Assembly (NCBI GenBank): GCA_036274695.1
Contig: DASUFF010000141.1
Coordinates: 3,123-67,122, forward strand
Source: a bacterium
GTDB lineage: Bacteria > UBA10199 > JACPAL01 > GCA-016699445
Direction: 5' to 3'
Length of the DNA stretch: 64,000 nucleotides
Shown: one piece after another, positions 37,911 to 46,645 of the stretch
Numbering within the stretch: the stretch's first letter is position 1
Layout of the letters: each line of letters begins with the position of its first letter
Translations under genes and position numbers: made by a program
The notes under the pieces: generated by a model
Database searches by the model: none
What the model was told of the DNA's origin: nothing
The model's input: only the letters and a program-made list of their open reading frames with translations

Positions 37911-38393
37911 ATGGCGAACGAAAAGACTCTTACGACGGCGGCGGAACGGCGACCGGGCCGGGGACTGTGGTCGGTCCATGAGGCCCTGGACCGGATGATC
38001 GGCGACTTCTTCGGGGAGACGGGGATCGAGCCCTTCCCGGCCCGGGCGCTCGATGGTTTCCAAATCCCGAGCGTGGACATCGCCGAGACGGACAAGGAAC
38101 TGACGGTCTCGGCGGAGTTGCCCGGGATGGACGAGAAGAGCATCGAAGTGTCCCTGAACAGGGACCGGCTCGTCATCAAGGGGGAGAAGAAGGAAGAGGA
38201 AGAGGAGAAGAAAAAGGGGTATTACCGCAAGGAGCGCCGCTTCGGCTCCGTCTACCGCGAGATCGATCTGCCCTGCGAGGTGATGGCCGACAAGGTGGGC
38301 GCAACCTTCGCGAAAGGCGTCCTGAAGATCACGCTTCCCAAGACGGCCCAGGCCCTGAAGGAAAACGTGAGGATCCCGGTCAAGGCCGGTTGA
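37911..38393 (+). CDS. Hsp20/alpha-crystallin family small heat-shock protein
   Basis: Alpha-crystallin domain (PSVDIAETDKELTVSAELPGMDEKSIEVSL..AKGVLKITLPK). Confidence 0.9.
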   Translation: MANEKTLTTAAERRPGRGLWSVHEALDRMIGDFFGETGIEPFPARALDGFQIPSVDIAETDKELTVSAELPGMDEKSIEVSLNRDRLVIKGEKKEEEEEKKKGYYRKERRFGSVYREIDLPCEVMADKVGATFAKGVLKITLPKTAQALKENVRIPVKAG

Positions 38394-38408
38394 AACCCGG
38401 ACCGTGAA

Positions 38409-40181
38409 TCAGAGGCGGCATTCCGACGGGTCGCACTTGATCGCGAATTCCTGCTGCATCGGGTCTTCGCCGGTGCCCAGTTCCAGGACCTGCGTCGGCT
38501 TGCTCCCGTAGCGGTAGATCGTGATGCCCTTGAGCCCCAGATCCCAGGCCCGCCAGTAGGCGTCCGCGACGTCGTCCGGCGTCGCGCCGGCGGGGAGGTT
38601 GATCGTCTTCGAGACGGAGTTGTCGACGTGTTTCTGGAAGGCGGCCTGGATGGCGAGGTGGCGGTCCGGGGGGATGTCTAAGGCGGTCGCGAAGAGACGG
38701 CGCGTGTGCTCCGGGATTCCCTCCACGTCTTTCAAATGCCCTTTTTCCAAGACCTTCCGCAGAATGTCCTTCCGGCTTAACCCGTTCTCCTTCAGATGGG
38801 CGAGAAAGACGGGGTTGGCGTCGACCAGCGTCTTTCCCTCCAAGGCGCGGCGGCGGTAGGCCAGGGCGAAGAGCGGCTCGATGCCGGAGCTCGTGCCGGC
38901 GATGATGCTGATGGTTCCGGTCGGGGCGACCGCGGTGAGCGCGGCGTTGCGGAGCCGGATCCTCCGCCGCTCGTGCACGCTGCCTTTCCAGTTCGGGAAG
39001 GGACCGCGTTCCTTGGCGAGGCGGCGCGAGGCCTCCCGCGCCTCCCCGGCGATGAACCGCATGACCCTCTCTCCCAGCGACGCCGCCTTCGGGGCGTCGT
39101 ACGGAACGCCCAGCAAGAGGAGCAGTTCGGCGAATCCCATGACGCCCAAGCCGATCTTGCGGTTGCCGCGGCACATCCGGTCGATCTCCGGAAAGGGATA
39201 GCGGTTCGCCTCCACGACGTCGTCCAGGAAACGTATCCCTTTTCGGACCGTTTCCCCCAAGCGCTTCCAATCGATTACGAAGCCGCGCCCCTTCCGGGTC
39301 ACCATCCGGGAAAGATTGATCGAGCCCAAGTTGCACGCCTCGTAGGGCAGCAGCGGGATCTCGCCGCAGGGGTTGGTCGCCTCGATGGTCCCCAGCCGCG
39401 GCGTGGGGTTGGCTCGGTTGATCGTGTCCAGGAAAATGAGCCCCGGATCCCCGGTTTCCCAGGCGGCCTCGGCGATCCGGTCGAAGACCTCGCGGGCCTT
39501 GAGGCGCCCGGCCTTCGCCCGCGTGGCCGGATGGATCAGGTCGTAGGTCTTGCCGGCGCGGGCGGCGCGCAGGAAGGCGTCGGTGGCGCCGACGGAGATG
39601 TTGAAGTTCTGGAGCGTCTTTCCGTCGCGCTTGGCGTCGATGAATTCCAGGATGTCGGGATGGTCCGCGCGGAGGATGCCCATGTTCGCGCCGCGGCGGC
39701 GGCCGCCCTGTTTGATGTTCTCGGTGGCGGCGTCGAAGATCTTCATGAAGGAAACGGGCCCCGAGGCCTCGCCGCCGGTGGAGCCCAGGAAGGACCCGCG
39801 GGGCCTGAGCCGCGAGAAGGAAAAACCCGTCCCGCCGCCCGTTTTCTGCACGACCGCCATCCGTTTGACCGCCTCGAAGATGCCCTCCATCGTGTCCTCG
39901 ACGGGAAGGACGAAACAGGCCGAGAGCTGTCCGAGCGGCGTGCCGGCGTTCATGAGCGTGGGGCTGTTGGGGAGGAACTCGAGGCGCTCCATCATGAGGC
40001 GGAACGTCTCGGCCCAGCGGTCGCGGGCCTCGCCGCCGCCCCAGGCGGTTTCCGCGGCGGCCACCGCGTCGGCGACGCGGCGGAAGAGCCGGGAAGGCGT
40101 TTCGACGACGCGGCCTTGCGCGTCCCGGCGGAGATAGCGGGCCTCCAAGACGCGGAGAGCGTTGGAGGAGGATTCAGGCAT
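38409..40181 (-). CDS. nrdJ: Adenosylcobalamin-dependent (class II) ribonucleotide reductase
   Basis: 590 aa; class II RNR active-site region NPCGEIPLLPYEACNLGSINL and a C-terminal Cys pair. Confidence 0.85.
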   Translation of the reverse strand: MPESSSNALRVLEARYLRRDAQGRVVETPSRLFRRVADAVAAAETAWGGGEARDRWAETFRLMMERLEFLPNSPTLMNAGTPLGQLSACFVLPVEDTMEGIFEAVKRMAVVQKTGGGTGFSFSRLRPRGSFLGSTGGEASGPVSFMKIFDAATENIKQGGRRRGANMGILRADHPDILEFIDAKRDGKTLQNFNISVGATDAFLRAARAGKTYDLIHPATRAKAGRLKAREVFDRIAEAAWETGDPGLIFLDTINRANPTPRLGTIEATNPCGEIPLLPYEACNLGSINLSRMVTRKGRGFVIDWKRLGETVRKGIRFLDDVVEANRYPFPEIDRMCRGNRKIGLGVMGFAELLLLLGVPYDAPKAASLGERVMRFIAGEAREASRRLAKERGPFPNWKGSVHERRRIRLRNAALTAVAPTGTISIIAGTSSGIEPLFALAYRRRALEGKTLVDANPVFLAHLKENGLSRKDILRKVLEKGHLKDVEGIPEHTRRLFATALDIPPDRHLAIQAAFQKHVDNSVSKTINLPAGATPDDVADAYWRAWDLGLKGITIYRYGSKPTQVLELGTGEDPMQQEFAIKCDPSECRL

Positions 40182-40210
40182 GGGGCCGATTCTATACCGG
40201 ATTTTTCTTT

Positions 40211-41080
40211 TTATCCCCTCCGGAATTTGCCGGGATGGAACGTCAGCACGTGGCAGGGCGCGTAGCGGACGACCTGCTCGGTGACGCTGCCCAGAAGCAG
40301 TCGGGGAAGGCCTTTCCGCCCCTGCGTGGGCATGAGGATCAAGTCGGCGCCGATTTGCTGCGCCATCCGGCAGATTTCGTCGGCCGGCTGTCCGACGGCG
40401 GCATGTTCGATGATCGGAATCTCCGGATGCTTCGAGACGATGGTGCGCAGGCGGACCCGGGCCTCGCGCAGGGCGGCTTCCTTGTCGAAAGGCGGCAGAA
40501 AGGGGGCGGCTTCGGGAGGGATGGATAGGGGCGTGGGCGCCTCGACCACCTGAACGAGCTCCACGGAGGCGTTGAAGGCGTTCCGCAGCTCCGAGGCGAG
40601 GAGCAGGGATTCCTCGCCGTCATCCTCCCAGTCCAGCGGGATCAGGATCGCCCGTGGCGGGAAATCGCTCCGCCTCACGACGAAAACGGGCGCCGATGAA
40701 TGGCGGACGATCCTCTCGGCCACGCTTCCCAGGAACACATGCGTCAGTCCCGTGACGCCGTGAGTTCCCGCGAGGACCAAGTCGGGCTTCTCCTGATCGA
40801 TCATTTCCAAAAGCGTTTCGGCCGGCCGGCCGGTCCGGACCTCGATGCGGACGGCCTTCGTCTTTTCGGGCCCCGGCGCCTTGCGGCTTTGCAGCTCCTT
40901 CTCGATCTGGGTCCGGAAGAATCGCCCCATCTCCGCCGGATGGTCCCGCGCCTCCTCCCGTCCGATCGCGTGCGCGACGACGATTTCCGAACGGAAGGCC
41001 TCCCCGAGGCTCAAGGCGCAGGTGAGCGCGCGCCGGGACGGCCAGGAGAAATCGAAAAGGACCATGATTTTGGAAAACAT
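40211..41080 (-). CDS. Universal stress protein, tandem domains
   Basis: ..LVLAGTHGVTGLTHVFLGSVAE.. and ..LILMPTQGRKGLPRLLLGSVTE.. Confidence 0.8.
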   Translation of the reverse strand: MFSKIMVLFDFSWPSRRALTCALSLGEAFRSEIVVAHAIGREEARDHPAEMGRFFRTQIEKELQSRKAPGPEKTKAVRIEVRTGRPAETLLEMIDQEKPDLVLAGTHGVTGLTHVFLGSVAERIVRHSSAPVFVVRRSDFPPRAILIPLDWEDDGEESLLLASELRNAFNASVELVQVVEAPTPLSIPPEAAPFLPPFDKEAALREARVRLRTIVSKHPEIPIIEHAAVGQPADEICRMAQQIGADLILMPTQGRKGLPRLLLGSVTEQVVRYAPCHVLTFHPGKFRRG

Positions 41081-41098
41081 AAGGCCTCCTAATTGCTT

Positions 41099-41320
41099 CT
41101 AAAGCCTTTCGACGTCCATCGACCGGACCTGCTCGCGGTAGCGCTGCCTCAGTTTCACCGGAATCGAACGTCCCGCCATGGCCAGGAAGACGGCGGCGGG
41201 AAGGTGGAAGAACATGATCATCTCGGGGTGGTGCCAGATCCTTTTGACGGCGATGCCCGCGAGGATCAGGATGCCGAAGACGGCGAAATAGGCCCAGCCT
41301 TTTTTCTGCTCCGAAACCAT
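41099..41320 (-). CDS. Hypothetical small membrane protein (2 TM)
   Basis: Hydrophobic, I/F/K-containing composition atypical of GC-rich shadow ORFs. Confidence 0.3.
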   Translation of the reverse strand: MVSEQKKGWAYFAVFGILILAGIAVKRIWHHPEMIMFFHLPAAVFLAMAGRSIPVKLRQRYREQVRSMDVERL

Positions 41321-41655
41321 AGAGTCAACCCCCCTCCGGCGATGAGGAGCGCGGCGAGGAAGAGGCCGAACTCGACGCCGAATCCCAAAAAATCCTGCTG
41401 CGCCACGCGAAAGTCCCTCGCGGCCGTTCCCCCGGCCGTCGTCGCGCGGAGGCGATAGTCGCCGGGCATCTGCAGCCAGAAGGTTCCGGCGGCGCCGCCG
41501 GGGACCTCCTTCATCGCCACCGCGAAGAGGTCCCCTTGCGCCGAGGCGACGACGACCTGCGCCGGGCCGGGGCCGCCCCCCAGGACCCGCACTTCAATGG
41601 GCGCGACGGTCCGCGGCGATTCCGGCCTCAGCGCGATGTTCGGTGCTGAAGACAT
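41266..41655 (-). CDS. Hypothetical protein with C-terminal TM anchor
   Basis: Beta-rich N-terminal part, C-terminal helix FGVEFGLFLAALLIAGGGLTLWF. Confidence 0.3.
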   Translation of the reverse strand: MSSAPNIALRPESPRTVAPIEVRVLGGGPGPAQVVVASAQGDLFAVAMKEVPGGAAGTFWLQMPGDYRLRATTAGGTAARDFRVAQQDFLGFGVEFGLFLAALLIAGGGLTLWFRSRKKAGPISPSSAS

Positions 41656-41819
41656 GTTTTTGTCGGCGGACCGTAAACGCCACGACCGCCGCGATTCCGA
41701 TGACCATCCCCATTTCCATGAAGTGGATCATCAATTCGATGATTCGGTTTTCTTCCAACATGCGACCCAGACTACGCCCCCGGACTCCCGGCTTGTAATG
41801 ATATGGAACAGGCCGGAAC

Positions 41820-42794
41820 ATGATTCAAATCATGGTGCGCTCCCGCGCGCGTGGGCAAAGTGGCTTCGGTATGGAAATGAAAAAGACCGCGCTCACGGCG
41901 GCGCTGCTCCTCGCGTTCGGTCCGTTCTTCCCGGCCTTCGGCCAGACCGCCTTCGTCGACACGATCAAGCGGCAGGAAATGGTCCAGAGCGGGAAAAAGG
42001 CCTTCTTGAACCGCTGCTCCGGCTGTCACGGGCTGGAAGGGGACGGCAACGGGCCGGCCGCCCGCTTTCTGGACCCGCGCCCCCGCGACTTCACGAAGGG
42101 CATCTTCAAGTTCAAGACGACGCCGTTGGGTGGCATGCCCACCGAGGACGATCTCCTGAAGACCCTCAACCAAGGCGTCCCGGGCACCAGCATGCCGTCC
42201 TTCGCTCTCGTCAGCGACGCGGAGAAGCGTTCCCTCGTCGAATACCTGAAGACCTTGGCCCCCGACGCGTGGAAGGCGCGGGACCCGGTTTCGGCCGTTC
42301 CCGCCCTGGCCGTGCCCGCGGGCGTCTTCAACAACAAGGCGAAATTTTTGGAATACGCCAGAACCGGCCGCGTGTGGTTCCAGGAGCTGGGCTGCATCGC
42401 CTGCCACGGGACCTCGGCCAAGGGCGACGGACCGTCCGCGGAAACCTTGACCGACGCCTGGGGCAACCCCATCCGCCCGGAGAATCTGCACCGCCCGTTC
42501 GTCAAGCGCGGCTACACGCTGCAGGACGTCGCCTACTCCATCGCCAACGGCGTCGATGGGACGCCCATGCCCGCCAACGGGACGATGTTGGACGGCATGG
42601 CCGACCGTTTTCCGGAGGTGCGGGAGAAGCGCTTCGTCTGGGAGCTGGCGGCCTACGTCTTCTACCTGCGCGGCGAGCATGCCGGCCTCTACAAGGAAGG
42701 GGAGATCCCTCCGATCCCGCCCGACCGCATCCCTCCCGAGGAGGTGAAGGCGGCGGTCGGCAAATATTTCGAGGAGCCCGCCGATGGAAAATAA
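41820..42794 (+). CDS. ccoP: Dihaem c-type cytochrome (CcoP-like subunit of the cbb3 oxidase)
   Basis: Signal/anchor MKKTALTAALLLAFGPFFPAFG; two CXXCH motifs (CSGCHG, CIACHG); probable start at MEMKK.. (~41868). Confidence 0.75.
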   Translation: MIQIMVRSRARGQSGFGMEMKKTALTAALLLAFGPFFPAFGQTAFVDTIKRQEMVQSGKKAFLNRCSGCHGLEGDGNGPAARFLDPRPRDFTKGIFKFKTTPLGGMPTEDDLLKTLNQGVPGTSMPSFALVSDAEKRSLVEYLKTLAPDAWKARDPVSAVPALAVPAGVFNNKAKFLEYARTGRVWFQELGCIACHGTSAKGDGPSAETLTDAWGNPIRPENLHRPFVKRGYTLQDVAYSIANGVDGTPMPANGTMLDGMADRFPEVREKRFVWELAAYVFYLRGEHAGLYKEGEIPPIPPDRIPPEEVKAAVGKYFEEPADGK

Positions 42795-44172
42795 CGAACG
42801 CCCTCTGGTGCCGCAGAAGCTGGTGACGGCGCATCTGCTGATCGCCGTCCTCTACATCTTCATCGCCGTGCTGGCGGGCTTAACCTTCTCGCTTCAGTTC
42901 ATCGACCTCTATCCCTTCAAGGGCGTCGCGCTTTTCTCGCCGGGCCGCGTGCGGATGGTGCACACGCAGTCGGTGGCCTATGCCTGGCTGGCCAACGCCT
43001 TCTTCGGCGTCATCTATTACATGATCCCGAAGCTGACCGACCGGCGCATCTTTTCGGAGAAGCTGGGCTGGTTCGTTTTCTACGCGTACAATTTTTTGAT
43101 CTTCGCCACCGTCGCCCTGATCTTGGGAGGCCACGCGCAAGGCCTGGAATGGGCGGAGACCCCCAAGATCCTGGACCCCTTGATCGCCGTCGTCGTCGTC
43201 CTCTACGTGGTCAACGTCGTCGCCGCCGTCTGGAGGGCCCGCTCCAAACCCTTCTACGTGAGCGTGTGGTACGTGCTGGCGGCGCTGATCTGGACGCCGC
43301 TCGTCTATTTGATGGGAAATTTCCTGCCGGAGTACGTCTTCGCCGGGACGAGCGGGGCGGCGATCTCCTCCATGTACATCCACGACCTGGTGGGCCTGTT
43401 CGTGACGCCCATCGGCACGGCCATGATCTATTATCTCATGCCCGTCCTGCTCAAACGCCCGCTCTTCTCGCACGCGCTCTCGCTCATCGGGTTCTGGGGG
43501 CTCGCGTTTTTCTATCCGCTCAACAGCACGCACCATTACCTCTACAGCCCGATCCCGATGTGGTCGCAGTATGCCGGCATCGTGGCCTCCGTGGGCATCC
43601 ACGTCGTCGTCTACACCGTGGTCTTCAACGTCATCGCCACCATGGCCCAGGATTGGAAAAAGGCGATGACCGACATCCCCCTGCGCTTCCTCTTCGTCGG
43701 AACGATCTGTTACCTGATCACCTGCGTGCAGTGCGCGGTCCAGGTCACGCTGTCGGTGCAGAAGATCATCCATTTCACCGACTGGGTCGTCGGCCACAGC
43801 CATTTCGTGCTCTTCGGTGTGTTCAGTTTCTGGAGCTTCGCCTGGATCTACTACCTCCTGCCGCGCCTCCTCAAAACGCCGATGTACAGCCAGTCGCTCA
43901 TGAACTGGCACTTCTGGCTCTCCACCGGCGGGATCTTTCTGATGCAGTTCGACCTGCTCGCCGCAGGGCTGGTGCAGGGGATGATGTGGGCGAACTTAGC
44001 CCCGTTCATCGACTCGGTGGCGGCGTCGATCCCGTTTTGGTGGGTGAGGATGTTCTCCGGCATGATGATCTTCGTCGGCGAAAGCGTTTTTCTCATCAAT
44101 GTCTACATGACCTGGCGGTTGTCCCGCGGCGTCCGCGAGCCGGCGGCGGCCGCGGTGCCGGTGGGGGCCTGA
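42784..44172 (+). CDS. ccoN: cbb3-type cytochrome c oxidase subunit I (CcoN)
   Basis: 12-TM haem-copper oxidase, C-family signature (..HHYLYSP.., WVVGHSHFVLFG). Confidence 0.85.
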   Translation: MENNERPLVPQKLVTAHLLIAVLYIFIAVLAGLTFSLQFIDLYPFKGVALFSPGRVRMVHTQSVAYAWLANAFFGVIYYMIPKLTDRRIFSEKLGWFVFYAYNFLIFATVALILGGHAQGLEWAETPKILDPLIAVVVVLYVVNVVAAVWRARSKPFYVSVWYVLAALIWTPLVYLMGNFLPEYVFAGTSGAAISSMYIHDLVGLFVTPIGTAMIYYLMPVLLKRPLFSHALSLIGFWGLAFFYPLNSTHHYLYSPIPMWSQYAGIVASVGIHVVVYTVVFNVIATMAQDWKKAMTDIPLRFLFVGTICYLITCVQCAVQVTLSVQKIIHFTDWVVGHSHFVLFGVFSFWSFAWIYYLLPRLLKTPMYSQSLMNWHFWLSTGGIFLMQFDLLAAGLVQGMMWANLAPFIDSVAASIPFWWVRMFSGMMIFVGESVFLINVYMTWRLSRGVREPAAAAVPVGA

Positions 44173-44173
44173 T

Positions 44174-44842
44174 ATGTCCAGCGCGCAGCGTTTCGAGAGG
44201 TTCAGCAGCGTCTTCCTCCTGGCGGGATTGGGGAGCCTGGTCGTCGCCTTCCTCGTGCTGGGGCTGGCGCCGGCGTCGATGGTGAACAAGTCGGAGTTGA
44301 ACGACGTGGCCGCCTCCGTGCCGGAGGATTTTCAGCCCTACTACAAGGATGCGGCGGCCTACCGGGCGGGGCTCTTGCGCGGGAGGGACCATTATATCGC
44401 GGAGGCCTGTTGGCACTGCCACAGCCAGTACGTGCGGCCGGTCTCGAACGAGGCCTTGCGCTACGGGCCGGTCTCCCAGCCGGGCGAGTACCAGAACGTC
44501 TTGAGCCGCCCGCAGCTCTTCGGGACGCGGCGCGTGGGGCCGGACCTCTCGCGCGAATCGGGCAAGCACACCAATGACTGGCACTTCGCCCATCTTTACA
44601 ACCCAAAGTCCGTCGAGCCGCAGTCGGTGATGCCGGTCTACAGCTGGTATTTCGAGCTGAAGAAGAAGGACGGGTCCGGGCTCAAGCCCGGCGAGAACGA
44701 GAATTCCCCGGACGTGGTGATCCTGCCCCGGCAGGAGGCGGTCGATTTAGTCGCGTATCTCCAATGGTTGGGGAACCAGGTATCCTCCCGGTCGGGCACC
44801 ACCTACGATCCCGGCGCGATCGTCATGCCGCCGAGGGAGTAG
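44174..44842 (+). CDS. ccoO: cbb3-type cytochrome c oxidase monohaem subunit II (CcoO)
   Basis: N-terminal TM, CWHCHSQ haem site, FGTRRVGPDL motif. Confidence 0.85.
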   Translation: MSSAQRFERFSSVFLLAGLGSLVVAFLVLGLAPASMVNKSELNDVAASVPEDFQPYYKDAAAYRAGLLRGRDHYIAEACWHCHSQYVRPVSNEALRYGPVSQPGEYQNVLSRPQLFGTRRVGPDLSRESGKHTNDWHFAHLYNPKSVEPQSVMPVYSWYFELKKKDGSGLKPGENENSPDVVILPRQEAVDLVAYLQWLGNQVSSRSGTTYDPGAIVMPPRE

Positions 44843-44883
44843 GGGAGTCCAAAGGCCAAGGTCGAAAGGCCAAAGTGGGGATT

Positions 44884-45129
44884 ATGAAGAACGTAAAGAG
44901 CAAGCTTGTTTTGGCGACTGCGGTGCTGTCGCTCGTCATCGTCGTGATGTGGGTGTTGTCGGTGCGCAAGTCGAGCGAGGCGGTGGCGTTGATCGGGGCG
45001 GGGTACGCCTTTTTGTGTTTCGCGTTCCTGATCGCGCAGATCGTCGCCTTCGTGAAGGCGCATGTGGATTACGACCAGACGGTGGAACAGCCGAAGTTCG
45101 ACCTCATGCGGTTGGAGGACAACCCGTGA
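44884..45129 (+). CDS. Small membrane protein (CcoQ-like position), hypothetical
   Basis: MKNVKSKLVLATAVLSLVIVVMWVL.. 2 TM; SD GGGGA upstream. Confidence 0.45.
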   Translation: MKNVKSKLVLATAVLSLVIVVMWVLSVRKSSEAVALIGAGYAFLCFAFLIAQIVAFVKAHVDYDQTVEQPKFDLMRLEDNP

Positions 45130-45341
45130 AGGCCGCCTGGAAACGCTGGTTCCCGGCGGGTTCGCTGGGCTGCTTTTTCTGCGGCGTGGACACCAAGCCG
45201 CTTTTGATCTTCTTCGTCGGCATGATCGGGAGCCTGGCGCTCGGGACGCTCCTGACCGGTTTCGGGCTCTGGCTCCGCGGGAGTTTTCGAAACTCCGAAG
45301 CGATGAAGGAAGAAATTTTCCGGGCGGAGGAGAGGGTATGA
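45126..45341 (+). CDS. Small membrane protein, hypothetical (GTG start overlapping previous stop)
   Basis: VKAAWKRWFPAGSLGCFFCGVDTKPLLIFFVGMIGSLALGTLLTGFGLWL.. Confidence 0.35.
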   Translation: MKAAWKRWFPAGSLGCFFCGVDTKPLLIFFVGMIGSLALGTLLTGFGLWLRGSFRNSEAMKEEIFRAEERV

Positions 45342-45502
45342 CGGAAGACGAAGGCAAGCCCGAGACCGAAGGAAAATCCGTTTACTTGGGCAACGCCGTG
45401 CCCAAGCTCCTGCGCCTGTCCTACGCCGCTTTCGCCCTTTGGGCCTTGAGTTACGTCGTCCGGTTCCTCGTCCCGGATCTCGTCCAATGGCTGAAGCGTT
45501 GA
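45338..45502 (+). CDS. Small membrane protein, hypothetical (ATGA-coupled)
   Basis: MTEDEGKPETEGKSVYLGNAVPKLLRLSYAAFALWALSYVVRFLVPDLVQWLKR. Confidence 0.35.
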   Translation: MTEDEGKPETEGKSVYLGNAVPKLLRLSYAAFALWALSYVVRFLVPDLVQWLKR

Positions 45503-46533
45503 AGGGAGGGCGGTTGAACTCCATTTTCGACGAACTCCCGGCCCCGCCCAAACCCGTCTTGACCGACGAGCAGCGCTACCGCCGCCACCGCCGGTTCGCC
45601 GTCGTCCTCAACGCCTTCGTGCTGGCCTACAGCCTGATCCACAAGTTCTTCCTCCCGGTCTATCTGACCCGGATCGCGCATGCCTCCTCGTTCGCTCCCG
45701 TCGACGGATGGTGGCTCTATCATCTCGCGCTCGCCGTCCTGCTCTTGAGGAAGAATTGGGACGACGCGGCGCTGCGTTCGACCCTTTTTTTCGGCATCGG
45801 CGGCGCCGCCTGCCAGATCCTCGTGAGTTTCCGTGAGCGCAATTGGCACAGCGTCAGCCTCTGGGTGACCTCTGCCTCCACGTTGTGGGTCATATTTTTC
45901 CTTCTCTCCAAGACCCGCGGCCGTCTTCCGGCGCGCTGGGGGGGCGGGAGGGCGGCGCTGAAAGCGGTCCTGCTGGCGGCGGGCTTCCTCGCGCAATTCG
46001 CCTTTTTCGGATTCACGCTCACCGTCGAAAAGGCGGCGCATCGGGCGGCGGCGAAGGCCGTGACGACGGAGGCTTTTCCGTTTTTGGCCGATCCGAAAGC
46101 CTGCGGCGCGGGAGGATTCCGCCTCGTTTTGGAGGCGGGGGTCCCGAAATTGCCGAAGCTCGGGATCTTGCGGGAGGTAAGCGTGCGCGACTGCGGTTTT
46201 CCGGCGGCCTTGGCGGCCTTCGATCCGAACGGGCCGCTGTCCGTCGCGAACGCGACCTCCGGTTACTTGAATGTGAAGGCCTACGTCCCGTCGAACGGGA
46301 GATGGCGTCCCCTCCAAAACATGCCCTTGCCGCCGGGCCTGTCGCACGTTCTCTCGCCGGAGGCCCTCGCCGGTCAGGGCGTGATCCTGCTTGCCTCCGA
46401 CGCCGATCCCAAAAAGGGGATCCTCCTGCTCCTCTCGGACCCGGCCGCCTTCGCGGAGGCGGTCAAAAGCCTGCCCCGCGCCGGAGAGCCGGGGGCCGTC
46501 GCGATCGACCGGACGGGCCTGTCCTTGCGGTAA
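45487..46533 (+). CDS. Hypothetical membrane protein (N-terminal 4 TM + C-terminal soluble domain) downstream of cco genes
   Basis: MAEALKGGRLNSIFDE.. start overlapping the previous ORF; no recognised domain. Confidence 0.5.
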   Translation: MAEALKGGRLNSIFDELPAPPKPVLTDEQRYRRHRRFAVVLNAFVLAYSLIHKFFLPVYLTRIAHASSFAPVDGWWLYHLALAVLLLRKNWDDAALRSTLFFGIGGAACQILVSFRERNWHSVSLWVTSASTLWVIFFLLSKTRGRLPARWGGGRAALKAVLLAAGFLAQFAFFGFTLTVEKAAHRAAAKAVTTEAFPFLADPKACGAGGFRLVLEAGVPKLPKLGILREVSVRDCGFPAALAAFDPNGPLSVANATSGYLNVKAYVPSNGRWRPLQNMPLPPGLSHVLSPEALAGQGVILLASDADPKKGILLLLSDPAAFAEAVKSLPRAGEPGAVAIDRTGLSLR

Positions 46534-46645
46534 AAAACCCTCGACTTCCTGCGGCTTTTTGGGCTAAACACCCCCGCTTCCCGCGGTTGCTTGCGGTCCC
46601 CGCGCGGCGACTTAAATTAATGAGCTAACAGGAGTTGAGATCCGT

